DNA from: Lytechinus pictus
Lineage: Eukaryota
Direction of reading: 5' to 3'
Assembly (NCBI RefSeq): GCF_037042905.1
Contig: NC_087251.1
Span: forward strand, 22,508,001-22,572,000
DNA: 64,000 nucleotides
The notes under the pieces were generated by a model. It saw only the letters and a program-made list of their open reading frames with translations, had not been told where the DNA came from and did not search any database. How positions within the stretch are numbered: position 1 is the stretch's first letter; each line of letters begins with the position of its first letter. Below, piece by piece: positions 1 to 13,000 of the stretch. Position numbers and translations under genes: made by a program.

Positions 1-293
1 AAGGTTCGTTAGTCCGAAAACGAAATAAGGTTCGTTAATCATTAGTTTTCGGACTAACGTACCTTCGGAATTACGAACCTCATTTCGTTTTCGGATTAAC
101 GAACCTTCGGAATTACGAACCTCACTTCGTTTTCGGACTAACGAACCTTCGGAATTACGAACCTCATTTCGTTTTCGGACTAACGAACCTTCGGAATTAC
201 GAAACTTCGGAAATACGAACATTCGGAATAACGAACCTTCGGAATATCCGAACCTTCGGAATAACGAAGCTTCGGAATTACGGTTTTATGCGG
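1..293. mobile_element. Right part of a foldback MITE built from TTCGGAATTACGAACC-type subrepeats (cut by the window edge); same family as 56847-57338
   Basis: Base 1 aligns to 57088 of the complete copy; same subrepeats and same end (...TATGCGG). Confidence 0.9.
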
Positions 294-1049
294 AAAAGCT
301 TGCGGGTGCTTCAGCCCACGCTTCCCAGTGCCAGTGCCTCCTCTATAATGTAGATGCTGCTGTTAATAAGTGCCCTTTTCGAGATGAAGGCTTCATTTAG
401 ACGATATATTCAATATATATTGTCAAAACAAAATAAAGGGTGGGGCAACTTCGACAGGCCCCGTCATGTATAAACAGGGACTTATTTCCATGCGATATGA
501 AACAATGCCTTCTCTGTTTTTTTTTTCCAAGAGGAGAATGTAAAGCGGCTTTACTTTGTAGTAGAAATGCATCTTTCTTCCGATGGGGCACTAAAAATAT
601 TTTATTTCAACATAGAGTGGAATCAATAAAAGAGGTTTGGGTAGTTTAGAGCTTACGTGTGGCTGTTCTTCAATGTACCACAGCTCCTCTACATGTTACT
701 TGTAGAGTATTTTCTCCTCAATCTATTCCAAGATATCAATACAAACAAAAGTAATCTTTTTGGAGTTCTAAAGACAAATTATTTTTAAATACATAAAACC
801 AAAAGGGGAAAGGGTATACCCTAGGCATGCTCCTGTTGGGTTATAGCATCTACTGTGCTAGAGCATTATTACAAACTGCAGAACAATATCCCCTCTAAAT
901 AAAAGAGGTTTCCTAAATAATAAAGTTGCTTTACCAAAAACGCCATTTGCCTTGCCTTTGGCTTTAAAACCCGATATTTTTATATAGTGTCGAAATACGG
1001 AGAGGGGTGGGAGTAAATTCGGTGGACTGCCGTGGGCGTATAGGCTTAA

Positions 1050-1643
1050 AGGTCAAGTCCACCCCAGGAAACTGTTGATTTGAATAAATAGAGAAAAATC
1101 AAACTATAGCAAAACGCTGAAAATTTCATCAAAATCGGATGTAAAATATTATTTTGACACTTTAAAGTTTTGCTTATTTTTCACAAAAAAAGTGATATGC
1201 ACAACTCAAATGAGGAGGTCGATGATGTCCCTCACTCACTATTTCTTTTGCTTTTTATTGTTTGAATTATACAATATTTCATTTTTATAGATTTGACAAT
1301 AAGGACCAACTTGACTGAATCATATAGTATTAAACAATGCTCATTCCACATGTTCAGGGAGGAATTAATCGTTGTTTCACTTGACAATGAGGAGAAAAAT
1401 AGAATATTCCCTATTTCATATAATAAAATACAAAAGAAATAGTGAGTGGATGATGTCATCAGTCTCCTCATTTGCATACCCACAAGGATGTGCATATTAC
1501 TGTTTTTTGTGAAATTAAGCAAAACTTTAAAATGTCATAACTTTCTTATTTTACATCCGATTTTGATGAAATTTTCAGTGTTTTGCTTGTTGGATTTTTC
1601 TCTTTTTATTCAAATTAACTTTTTGTTGGGGTGGACTTGTCCT
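1050..1643. mobile_element. Non-autonomous Kolobok-like DNA transposon (family A, copy 1)
   Basis: TTAA (1046-1049) | AGGTCAAGTCCACCCC ... GGGGTGGACTTGTCCT | TTAA (1644-1647). RR..YY termini with a TTAA TSD are the Kolobok signature. Subterminal inverted repeats (AAAATTTCATCAAAATCGGATGTAAAAT and its reverse complement). Confidence 0.88.
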
Positions 1644-3548
1644 TTAAGTAAACCAAAAACTTTCTTCAGGAAACATGTTGACTGATGTCTCATACATCTG
1701 TCTTTTCCAAGTCGATAATACATCTCAAACTGACTTTGTAAAGTAGCGGGAATGCAGATTTGCCACTTCGGGGTCTCCAAAAGATAGATTTTTTAATAAA
1801 GTTAAAATATGGATTGATGTGGGGTACATTCGTCATGACTCATGTGTTTATATTTTTGATGTGCCAGAGCTTCATTAAAGTAACCTACAAAGCAAGGTCT
1901 CCTCTAAATTTTCCAAGAGAAACAAACTAAAAACAAATAAAACAAATGGTGTTTTACCGATACCGAAATGCATTTTGCCCGTATATACCATATATTACGT
2001 TGTGGCAGACCATGGACCTCCATGGGCAGACACACCAACAAAAGCGATACGAGAAGTTGATGGAAGCTGTTGTGTTGGGATTGTGTTATCTCGAATGACA
2101 TACCATTGATCGCTTTATAGCGGATTCGTGAGTGTGACTGTGACAGTATGTTTTGGCCTCGTTTTAGCGCAATATCACGTAATACATTTTGACATATTTT
2201 CCCTCTTTCTAAGCAAATTAAGACACTAATACTGTCATGAAGCATATCTATGTTTTCGCTTATATATTCTCTTTCCTGTAGAATGTTGACATTGTGCATT
2301 AATTGCTGTTATTTAAAAAAACATTTCAGGATTCATGAAACAAATACTCTGTTTTAAATTATAATTTGCATAATTCATGTAAATTAGGTAATAGTAAACA
2401 AGGATATCCCAATCATTTTATGACAATTTTCTTCCCTTTCTTACCCTAAGTCTTTGTTTCCAATTTTGGAGCAGTTCTGGTTAAATATATCCTATTAAAT
2501 ACTTGTTTTCACTATATCCACATAATATGCAAATTTATGCAAATTACTTGCTTATTTGCATAGAGACAGCGTATCTCTTTGGATGAATCTTTCTTTTGAC
2601 TCAAGGAACATTTTTGCCAAGTGTACTACAAAATGCAGCGTTCAACCTCTTAACAAGTCTACTAATGCGCAGAACATCAAAGTATCAACAACGTCGAATT
2701 TGCAAAGTATTGGAAAGATTTGTTTCCCCCTCTTCATCAGAATTTATCAATTATCGTTTCAAATGAACAACGAAAACGATTTAGGTGATAACCACTTATT
2801 TTGCATTTAAACCTTTCATGAACATTAAGTGTTTCTTGATTACAAATATAATGTTCACTTGGTGACGAATTTATTTTATTATATGATTGAGATTTATCCA
2901 TTGGTTCATTAATTAATTAGTTTTGTCATGGTGACCAATGATGTATTCATTGCTGGTGCTCTATATAGGCAAGAATAAGATATTAATTATTTAAGAAATA
3001 ACATTCGCATGTACTATAGGGGGAAAGGAAAGGTGGGAAGTGCGGCGACGGCGAGAATACTCTTACTTATGCTATCTCTGAACGTGAGCCTTCTCAATTA
3101 TTATTCATATCTAATATTTATCTCTTAACCAGTGTCTAGCTAATACACTCTAATCTCATGATTGCGACAATAATTATGTCTTTCCTCTTGGGAGATATTT
3201 AATTGTAGTGAGGGTTCATGGGAGTATATTGTTTGGAACGTTTGATAATTAGAACCTAAAAGAGGAGGAGCGATGTAGATTTTTTTTAACAGTGGCAAAG
3301 GCTGAAATAAAAATGTCCTAATCTTTTCTCTATGTTGTTTACGAATCATTAATTAACTTTTATCGGTGTAAGCGTCCTCTCAAAAGTAAAGATCATTAGG
3401 CCCTTACAATTGAGGGTCATCATTTTTGCACCTGCGCGCCGTGCTTGGTTACGTAAGGTTTCACCTTGTTATGTCAGTACATTGTAATCCATTAGAAGAT
3501 CACCCACAACAAGATTGTCACACACGCCCACGATCTGATCTACTTTAC

Positions 3549-4128
3549 AAATTCAATTCAATTCATTTATTTTCTCTTTCAATCTTTTTACATTTACAAT
3601 GATAGTTCAATATACATATTTACAAAATATAACATTTAAATCATTTTTTATAATACAATAATACCATGAAATCGAAAGGGAAGGAGACCAACTAAAAAGC
3701 AGAGCTTGTAGAGTGCAGGCCCCCTTTTATAAGTAAATTTTATGAATGAAAAATAAGATAATATATAAATATATATATATATATAATAGATAAAAAATAA
3801 ACAAATAAAAATAAATGATAATACAAATAAATGATTCAGTATACACTGTATACAGAAATCATAAAACGATTAAATATATATACAAAGAGAAATTGATGAA
3901 CACATTTACATATTAAGTTCTGAATTACATTACTTTGGGAAAAAACGATAATCTAATATGACTTCAGAAGATATTTTTTAAGTTTTCCTTTGAAATTTTG
4001 TATTGAATTACATTGTATAATATCCTTTGAAAAAGAATTCCATAATTTTGGACCAGTAAAAACAAATGTCTTCTGCGCAAACGATGTTCTATTCAGAGGT
4101 AAATGAATGGAACTCGCCTGGCGAGTGA
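3549..4128 (-). mobile_element. 5'-truncated CR1/L2-group LINE: ORF2 C-terminus, 3' UTR and (TTGAA)n tail
   Basis: Minus strand 4126-3953 translates TRQASSIHLPLNRTSFAQKTFVFTGPKLWNSFSKDIIQCNSIQNFKGKLKKYLLKSY*, the typical CR1/L2 ORF2 end (RT..F.F.GPKLWNS..FK.KLK.YL). It is followed by an AT-rich UTR ending AATAAATGAATTGAATTGAATT. Confidence 0.85.
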
Positions 4129-4384
4129 CATAACAGTGACATGGAGGTTTACAATCAATAACAGAATGGATGTTACCAATCTTGTTCTTTTCAGAATAAA
4201 TAGTATTAAAAACACTAATTTTTAGCCAATCAGAAGTCAGAACTATACAGAACTATAAACTTCTGATAACTTTAAATATTGTAGAAGGGAGATTATGAAG
4301 GAACAGAGAGAGCAAAAAAAAAAACTTACACACACGCGCGCGCGTGCGCGCATACGCACACACATACTCACAAACCATAGATAC

Positions 4385-4751
4385 CGTGTGTACACCATAG
4401 AGATATTAGTATACATCTCTATGGTTTACACTTAATCGGCATTTGAATCGGCTCGCGGTTCTGAACCGCGAGCCGATGCAGAATCGGCTTTTTTACTACG
4501 TGTAAACAGAAAGCCGATTCTGCACCGGCAATTTGTGCGCATTTCATTTACTTTACCATTGTGACGTAATTGTAAGCGCACTGATCCAGCGTTGTCTTTA
4601 TTATGACGTATATTGTTGGTGTGCGTATCATTTCAGGTTTTTGCATCGGCTCGCGGTTCTGAACCACGAGCTGTAACAACGTGTAAACGCAAACCAAAAG
4701 CCGATTCTGCATCGGCTGTTGGTTCTGAACCAAATGCCGATTAAGTGTAAC
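4385..4751. mobile_element. Palindromic MITE (Harbinger-like) with internal inverted repeats
   Basis: TTACACTTAATCGGCATTTG ... CAAATGCCGATTAAGTGTAA inverted ends; internal hairpin ATCGGCTCGCGGTTCTGAACCGCGAGCCGAT. Exact ends are uncertain. Confidence 0.7.
4396..4423. mobile_element. 28-bp micro-insertion with CAT..ATG termini and near-perfect 8-bp TSD (P-like)
   Basis: GTGTACAC | CATAGAGAT-attagtatac-ATCTCTATG | GTTTACAC; it interrupts the left end of the 4385-4751 MITE. Confidence 0.65.
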
Positions 4752-6738
4752 AAACCCACCCCAACAGAGATACAAATTGTATGACAATAAAAAATGAGCA
4801 GAAGGGAGGATTACGTAGGGAGGAATGCTACAGTCTGTTTTTAAAGCCAGAATGAAATGCATTGCCCACCTTCTTAAACATATAGGCCTCTCCATAATGT
4901 AAAAAAAATGTTTAAAAAATGGTTCGCAGAATCATGAACATTGAAAATCAAATCAATCCATGGTATTGTTCAAGTGATATGCAGACATTTTGTTTTATGA
5001 AATCAAGCAAAATGACAAAATATGATGAAAAAATTGCAATATATGACTTTAAAATGATATTCATATTATTTATCTTATCAGCAACTTTCTCTTTGCATCC
5101 AACATGACATAATTTCATTACAAAACAATCGCGTTGATGTTGTGTTGTTGTGTGTAGGATGTGTATTCTAAATTGGGTAATTTCCTTTTTTTTATTCGTT
5201 ACTTCCTTCCCCCTCAATGAAACTAATTGTACTAATATAGGAATGATTCCAAGTCGACTGCAAGATGCCCTTGATGTTTAGAAATGGTCATTGATGTGAC
5301 ACATTCTGCCAACTGTTGTTCACGGACCATGCCCGGTCGCCAGTGACGTGTATGAGTATTAAAGGGCAAGTCAACCTCAACAACATGGTTTGAATTGAGT
5401 ACAATTGAACAACCATATCAGTCACGAACTTGTAAATAAGATATACATGTGGAAAATTTGGAGATCTTTTACAATTTTCCACTTTGAGCATGGTGGCTCC
5501 ATTAAAGAAAATTGATAAATTAAACATTAAAGCATTTATTGCCATGGTCTTCTGCTTTGCTTTCTAAGAAGAATGAAGAAAGCTGATCTAATGATAACAG
5601 TCGAACTTGCTGGAACAACAGCTTATACAATTATTTATAATTTAAAATGAGACTGAAGTGGTTACCATTTTGCTATTTTGTTTTATTTCCTCAGATTTCT
5701 AAATTGTAAGGCCCATACTGCCATAGGGAATGATATCGGAATTTCATCTCTTCAATGTTACTGTTTTTTGTTCCCATATTATGTTTTGTTACTTTTTTTT
5801 TGGTATCGTCTCTTTTCATGTTCCATTTGACTCTATCGGGTATTCCATTTTGCCTTTCTTTCAAATTAATTTCACCCATTTTCCCCATGTTCACGGCCCT
5901 TCCTGGGTGTCTCTCTTTTTCAATATTTCAAAACCTTTCAAACACATATTAGGGGAGGGGTATAGGATGGGTATGGGGCATGCAATTCCGATCACTTATC
6001 ACTTATTAATTGTGATCATATGGTTTGAACATTGTTGTTAAATTCACACGTGCTATATATTTGCTGATGACCAGTGAAAGAAAAACATTGCCTTGACCTA
6101 CATACATGACATAGTTTTGAAGTATATCACGATGTTGTTATGGTGTTACCCCCATTTCATAAGGATGCAGATCCCCCAGCGTGTATTTATCGAGTATATT
6201 TTACCGGGTGGGGTGTCACATGTTGGAACTGTTGATTTTAAGTACCTTGCCTTCAAAATGTGTATTTTCTGTCTTCCTCATTGTTTAAATCCGTATTTTT
6301 ACGAAGAGAATGATGCCAAGATCTCTGTATTTAGTAATTTGGTGAGATCCCAACTTCTTACGCTGTCCCAATAACTGATTCATGTTTGGATGTATGACAT
6401 CCGTGTAATATAATTATGTAAAGAACCCAATAGAAGAAAGCATGGGCCTTACTACATCTCACATTGTTCAGATTTAAATGACGTTGTCTCATGAAAATAG
6501 AGCAAATTATTCGAACGATGTTGATGCCATGTTTCCTTCACGCATTTTGTTATCGTGATCGCCGACAATGAATGCATGACGAGACTCGACGTCGGTCCCG
6601 TGGATGATATCGGATTCCTTGCAGACGTGTGATCAGAGCGCGAATCGCAATGGTATCGATGGACAACGCTAGAGATGGGGAAAGTGCAAGTCTGACATGT
6701 AAACTGTCCGGTATTTCATAGTAAGACCATGCATTGAC

Positions 6739-6770
6739 CATGGAGCTATTAAACACAGAATAGCTCCATG
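6739..6770. mobile_element. 32-bp micro-insertion with 12-bp TIR and 7-bp TSD (P-like)
   Basis: CATTGAC | CATGGAGCTATT-aaacacag-AATAGCTCCATG | CATTGAC. Confidence 0.75.
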
Positions 6771-8830
6771 CATTGACCTACTCCGGTAGGATGCAATGCA
6801 AAAGGAGGATTAGCGACCGAAACGTGAGACCATGCATGTGCAATAAACGATGCATCGAGAATACATGATTACAATTACAATCAAAATTCAACATGAAGGC
6901 ACTAAAATTAGAAAAAATGTGTGACGGAAATCTCGCATTCTGGTGTGTAATATATTTTTTGACAAAAAACAATTATAAGTAAAGTAATTTGAGACCTTTT
7001 AACATCCATTAATTCATATTTTTCAAAGTATCAGAGTATATATTTTTTAATTGAAATAACTCTCTTTTTATTAGCATTGATTTCAGTGCGCCATTCTCGT
7101 TCTTTGTCACACATAGATTCTTCCGATAAATCTATGATTATACCAAGTAAATAGTTTTCCAATGTTATTTTCTCTGTAAAGGTTTTTTTCCCCTATTTTT
7201 TAGGAAGATAATTCCATAATCTCACAATACACCTTTTGCCTATAAGCTGAACAGACCTCTGTTATCTTGTAAGTCTAGACAGTTTCGTCAACAGTAAAAT
7301 CGTGAAAGCGTAGCTTTCTTGGTGCTAGGGGGTACTACTAGTGAGCTTGGTAAATGATTCGTTTTAGAAAAGGTAAGACCAATTGCACCCGATCCTAAGT
7401 CCACTAATGAAATTACAGGCGAATTTTGTTTTGGAAGATGTGCCCAAATCCCAACCGTTTTTTAGATAAGCGCTTGCGGTCCCTAAACTGTTCCTGTTGT
7501 AAAAACACGTGAAAGGAGTTTGATTTGATTTATTGGGAGAATTGTGCATTCAGCTGCCCAAAGTTGATTTTGCGCGCGGCCATCCTACCAATACAAGGAT
7601 TGTATTCCAAGTATAAATAAATGCTAAAAAGATTAATGATGACCGATTTTATAGAAAGGAGGGGGGGGGGGGGTATTGTGGGATTTTTTTTGTAAATGCC
7701 CATCGTAATTTTCCCCTTTTTTCAGATTAATCATGTTTATCAAGTAAGGAGGAATAGGCTGTCTTATTTCAAACATAGAATGAAAGTTAGGATGAGCCGA
7801 GTCATGGTAGAATAAAATGTTTATCGATTAATATCTGTTTTGGTTTAAGTAATGAACGAATGAATGTTTGGGTGGAGATTGGCAAAGTGTGGAAACCCAT
7901 ACAATCTTTTCTTTTCGCGCATGCGTGTGTGTGTGTGTGGATGTGGGTGTGTGTGTGATGGGTTCTACCTTAAATACCATAAATTAGGTTCTCGTCTCAA
8001 AGAAAAGTCGAGAATGGTGGTAGAATGGAGTGACATTTTATTTTTCTGAAATCTGACAAGCAAGCAAAACGGCTCTCAACTGAACGGAAAAAGTTTCTCA
8101 CTGCTGCCACCATTTGTTTTGTTTTATTTTCTTTGTTTTTTATGAACGATCGTGTACGAGAACACTTATTTACGTTTCAAAGAGAAGGCAGTGTTTAGTC
8201 ATTAATCCATCAGTAATTTACGTGTATAGTGTACCATACAAGAAGTCCGGAATGGTAAGAGTATCCACTAAGAAGATGCTGCAGTCATCTCAAATAAACC
8301 GCTATCTTCACACCAAATCCATTCACCGATTAGGTGACAAACTCTAACCTAATCCATCAAGGCACCTTGGACCTCGAGCAACATCTAATCTTGCCAACTC
8401 CTCTACTAACCTTCACTTTGAAGCTAATCATTTAAAGTGTCGGAATTCATTGTAGAGTGGCCGCTGGGCATTGGGCTATGGTCATTTCATCGATTCCGTA
8501 GATGCCTTGGCCAGAGGTGCCAATTGGAATCGACAGATTGACACTAATGCATACTTATTGCGTTCCAAATCAAAGTTATATCGATTAGTCAATTTTAGAC
8601 TTTCATTCGCTGGCGTATGGTGAGTGGTGACTTCGTAAGCCAATGAAGTTACCTCGGCAATGTGGCATCTCTTACGAAATTTGGATGATGCTTAATTCAA
8701 TCTCAACCAGAAGATTGGCGAATGAATAAACATGATCTATGCGTAATAACCCAAATGAGAAAATGGTAAGGTATAGCTATTTTGGTATTGAATTATCTAG
8801 TTTATAAAGAACGTTGCTCTCAGAACTTAA

Positions 8831-9428
8831 AGGTCAAGTCCACCTCAGAAAATGTTGATTTGAATAAATAGAAAAAAAATCAAACTAGCATAACGCTGAA
8901 AATTTCATCAAAATCGGATGTAAAATAATAAAGTTATGACATTTAAAAGTTATTTTTCACAAAACAATCATATGCACAAATCAGTGACATGCAAACTAGA
9001 CAGTCGATGATGACCTTCACTCAATAATTCTTTTGTTTTTTATTGTTTGAATTATACAATTCTTTTTTTTTTAAAGATTTGACAATAAGAACCAACTTGA
9101 CTGAACCATATAGTATTAAACAATGCCTATTCCACATGTTCAGGGAGGGATTAATCGTATTTCACTTGACACTAAGGAGAAAATTAGAATATTTCATAAT
9201 TCATATAATAAAATACGAAAGAAATAGTGAGTAGATGACGTCATCAGTCTCCTCATTTGCATACCGACCAGGCTGTGCATATAACTGTTTTGTGAAATTA
9301 AGCGAAACTTTAAAATGTCATATAACTTTCTTATTTTACATCCGATTTTGATGAAATTTTCAGTGTTATGTTTGTTTGATTTTTCTCTTTTTATTCAAAT
9401 CAACTTTTTGTTGGAGTGGACTTGTCCT
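8831..9428. mobile_element. Non-autonomous Kolobok-like DNA transposon (family A, copy 2)
   Basis: TTAA (8827-8830) | AGGTCAAGTCCAC ... GTGGACTTGTCCT | TTAA (9429-9432); colinear with and similar to 1050-1643, same orientation. Confidence 0.88.
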
Positions 9429-9929
9429 TTAAAAGGAAACATACCGCAATTCGTTTGGGAAATTAAAAATCACTACGGAAGCGTCAAACAATCATTAAAA
9501 ATCAAACACTCAGATTACACATTTCTCTGAAATGTCAAATTTGAAACGTAAGCATTGCATTTTGAATTATCCACCTTTCATGCCTTTGTTAATATTGGAT
9601 CTACTGGCGAGTACTTAAATCAAGTTTTGAATAGACTGGATTCAAGACTAACCATAACTTAGCCTTGATGAACTTGAATACAGGGGTAGGACCTATTGGG
9701 GGCGGCGAATAGAATGGCGAATTATTATGGGATTATGCATTCTACTTGATTAACCCCATGCACATATGCATTTTGGACGAAGGTCGGGGTTATTTTGAGC
9801 GCGCGGAAACCCTGGATTCAACAGATGCAGCATCCAATACCGAAAAGGAGACGAGATACCGGGTTGGTTTGATGAATCGTAAACGATGGTCAAACTTTGG
9901 TGTGACGATATGATTGCTTTCGAGTTCAG

Positions 9930-10094
9930 GTGGGTGTTTCATAAAGCTGTGTTAAGAGCGACCTTACGAACGACTGGTGATCTTTTTTTATGGCAAATGG
10001 TATATTCATTAGCGATGGTTTTGCGCGTAAGAAAGGATCACCAGTCGTTCTTAAAGTCGCTCTTAACTTACGAACAGCTTTATGAAACGGCCCC
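9930..10094. mobile_element. Short palindromic PIF/Harbinger-like MITE
   Basis: CAG | GTGGGTGTTTCATAAAGCTG ... CAGCTTTATGAAACGGCCCC | CAG (3-bp TSD); internal arms GAACGACTGGTGATC / GATCACCAGTCGTTC. Confidence 0.75.
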
Positions 10095-13000
10095 CAGGTT
10101 GTTTTTAAAGGTAAGGTGGACATCGGACAATTACATATCCATCTAGCAAGATCCAGTGTGCGATCTATTGACGTAATCAGTAGAAAAAAACTTTTTTTTT
10201 CTTCTAAAAGTAAAATTTTTAACACTCAAGTCACTTCCAAGGTGTGCGTTCGAGTAGATAATAAAAAAGAAAACAATTTATTGAAATGTAATGAAGCAAT
10301 TCTTCACGTTTAATTTGTCTTCTGATAGGAATATTAATTTTCATAAGCAACGATTTAAACCTTTATTTCTAAGACTAAGAACAAGAACGTACAAGAAAAG
10401 TGAATCTGGTTTTCAACAAAGTGCAGTCGAAATTTTCTATGGTAAATCTTGTGGTTACGTGTTCCGATAAAATTTGATTATAACGCAGATGAGATGTAAT
10501 TGATATATATATATATTTTTAATTTCTCATACTCCCTCTGTGCCATGATAAAGTTACTCGATGGCCATGGTTATGATCACGGAGGTGCTCCCGAGAGCTG
10601 AGAGTACCATTAGCGGTCAGAAAAAAAGGGAATAAAACGATTTTCTTTTCAAGAATATAAATATTCTTACGACAGGAGAGAAAAAATTAAACGCGACCGC
10701 TTGACCGTCGGAAGGATCGATCGTCAAACGTCGTGTTAAAACATTACAGTTTTGATGTATTTGATTTGTAGTCTTTAAAAACACGTTTAGTCTGCTTTGA
10801 TGTTTTTCCCCAATCTAACAAGGATATCGGAACTACCATTAAAATAACGTAAATTTCAAACAGTAATATGAAAACATTGACTGAGATATTTGAGGTTAAC
10901 ATTTTCAAACTGAAACTGATAGTTTCATAAAATGATGACTTTTCTTTTTTTTTAATTTCATACTACTTACCTTAACAAGTTAACATACTTTTTCACAATT
11001 TTCCAGATAATGAGAAAATTTTTAATTGCCAATAGTTTGTCGAATCCTAGACAGCTTGACGCATGTCATAGAAGTGATTTACCCTTTCAGATCATTTCAA
11101 TGAATGAATATATGGTAATCAGGTCAAACATTCATCCAAGAAAATCAATATGGCAATTCCATTTTCATGTAGGATCATCATCATCATTATGATGATCATA
11201 ATCATGAAAAAAAAAATATGCAGTAGACGGGGCTTTTAAGCTGCCAACTCCTCTTTCTGCTAGTTACAAATATTCAAATGGATTGATTTCTGACCGACCT
11301 TTTGCCATTTCTGGCCTTGCCTGTGACATTTCAAAAATGTCAACTGTATTGAAAAAATGACTAAGGGGTAACATCTATTTAGTTACCCCCTTCTCCCGGG
11401 GTAGACTGATCCAACGACTGACCGGTAGGTATTCGTTGTGGCATAGTGGTCTGTAGTCAGGTACCAGGCCGTCGACAAAAAGGTATCGGATTCAAATCCT
11501 CTGTTCTAGTTTAATGTTCCTTCTGTTTTATTTAAATCTATATTATTTTGCTCCACTTTGGCGAAAATTGAAATGGAATCCAGCTTGATGAGCAAGTTTT
11601 ATCTGCAGATTTCACAGGAGTGGTGCCGGGTTACAAAAGATCATAGTGAGTGGGGTGGAGGTTACGCGTGTATTATTAACGGTAAAGTTTGATGCATGCG
11701 TTGAAATGTTGACTTGCTTCGGGACATCGTTATTCATAAAATTCTACAAAGAGACTGCATTATGTTTCGTGAGAGGGGATATCTGATATTTTCTTGCGTG
11801 TCACTCCATGTCCTACATAACTGTTTAACGCTACCTTACTGTCTCCCAACCCCGTGTTGACTTACCCGATCCTATGGCCTTATACCTGAACCCCAAGGAC
11901 TAAGGAAAGTCACGGGATGGGTAAACAGGACTTATTTGCACATCTCTACGGAATAACGGGTAGGTGGGATCCCCCTTAAAAGGAACGAAGTTTCGTTAGC
12001 TTATGAAGTCCCATCAGTCAATACAGGCATGACACTTGGCTTTAACAGCATCATATTTCCTGATTAGGATGAGTTTGCCATACAGTAATTTGAAAAAAAG
12101 TTTAATCATCTGTTATAAAGTTGTGCAACGTTCGGCTGTCCAGTAAGTAATATCTACATGTAGATTTATAAAGAATACTGGTTGCCTACATTATGCCCAA
12201 AATATCCGTTTCCCTATGTTCTCAAAATCATCGGATATTCTAAATAATGGCTTTAAATTCATATTTTGTGCGTGGGGGGGGGGGTCACACCCCATGAAAT
12301 GTGTTGATTGAATTGAATAGACTTCACATTGACTCGGTGCATCGTTTTAAACGCGATGAGAGAAATACAGGCTTAATTCACTTGTCATTATTATGATGTT
12401 TATATTCTAGGTAGTCTAATGTGCTTACGCTATTGTTAAGAATAAGCTCAGGTAGAATTCCGGTGATCATGATCTCTAAGACAACATTATACAAGGAACC
12501 AGCAAACAATAGAAATTCTTTTAAAAATAAGACACTGGCAAAAACCCCTTCGATTCAATTTATTCACCAAATTAAAAAAAAACCATATAAAGGCAAAGTA
12601 GCAGAAAAAAAATCAATGCATAAGAACAATGAAATAGCAATTTATGAAAACACGTAGATGCAACAGGATAGTTGTTTAATAACGGTCAAAACTCAAGTTG
12701 TTATTGAAGAGTGACAAACATTATAATGCACGTTCTCGTTGTATTAAAATGAATCTAGAAGCCGTTTTTATTCATGATGAAATTAGTCACAATCGTTTGG
12801 AAGAACGCATTTTGTACAAGCTTTTTTTTATTTTGGGAAGAGTTGGAATAACCATAGTCCATGAAATAACGAAAAGAAAGATCGAATCTCTGCTATATTG
12901 ATTACCAGTCAGCATCTGCATTTGCGTCAATCATGGCATTATCAGTAGAGTATGCTAAATCAATAAACGACCTAGTTTGATAGGATCACCCATCTCATCA

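Noticed and set aside
1..293. Short regular repeats as CRISPR-like
   Set aside because: No unique spacers; they are subrepeats of a foldback MITE whose complete copy is at 56847-57338.
1232..1685. ORFs inside the Kolobok-like MITE (likewise those in the Tc1-like MITEs) as transposase fragments
   Set aside because: No DDE, THAP or HTH motifs, and the frames are not preserved between copies.
5359..5400. TTAA-AGGGCAAGTCAACC Kolobok-like left end
   Set aside because: No matching right end found; an old fragment whose extent cannot be defined.
11435..11500. A-box (TGGCATAGTGG) and B-box-like (GATTCAAATCC) pair as a tRNA gene
   Set aside because: The stems do not pair; at most a decayed SINE head.
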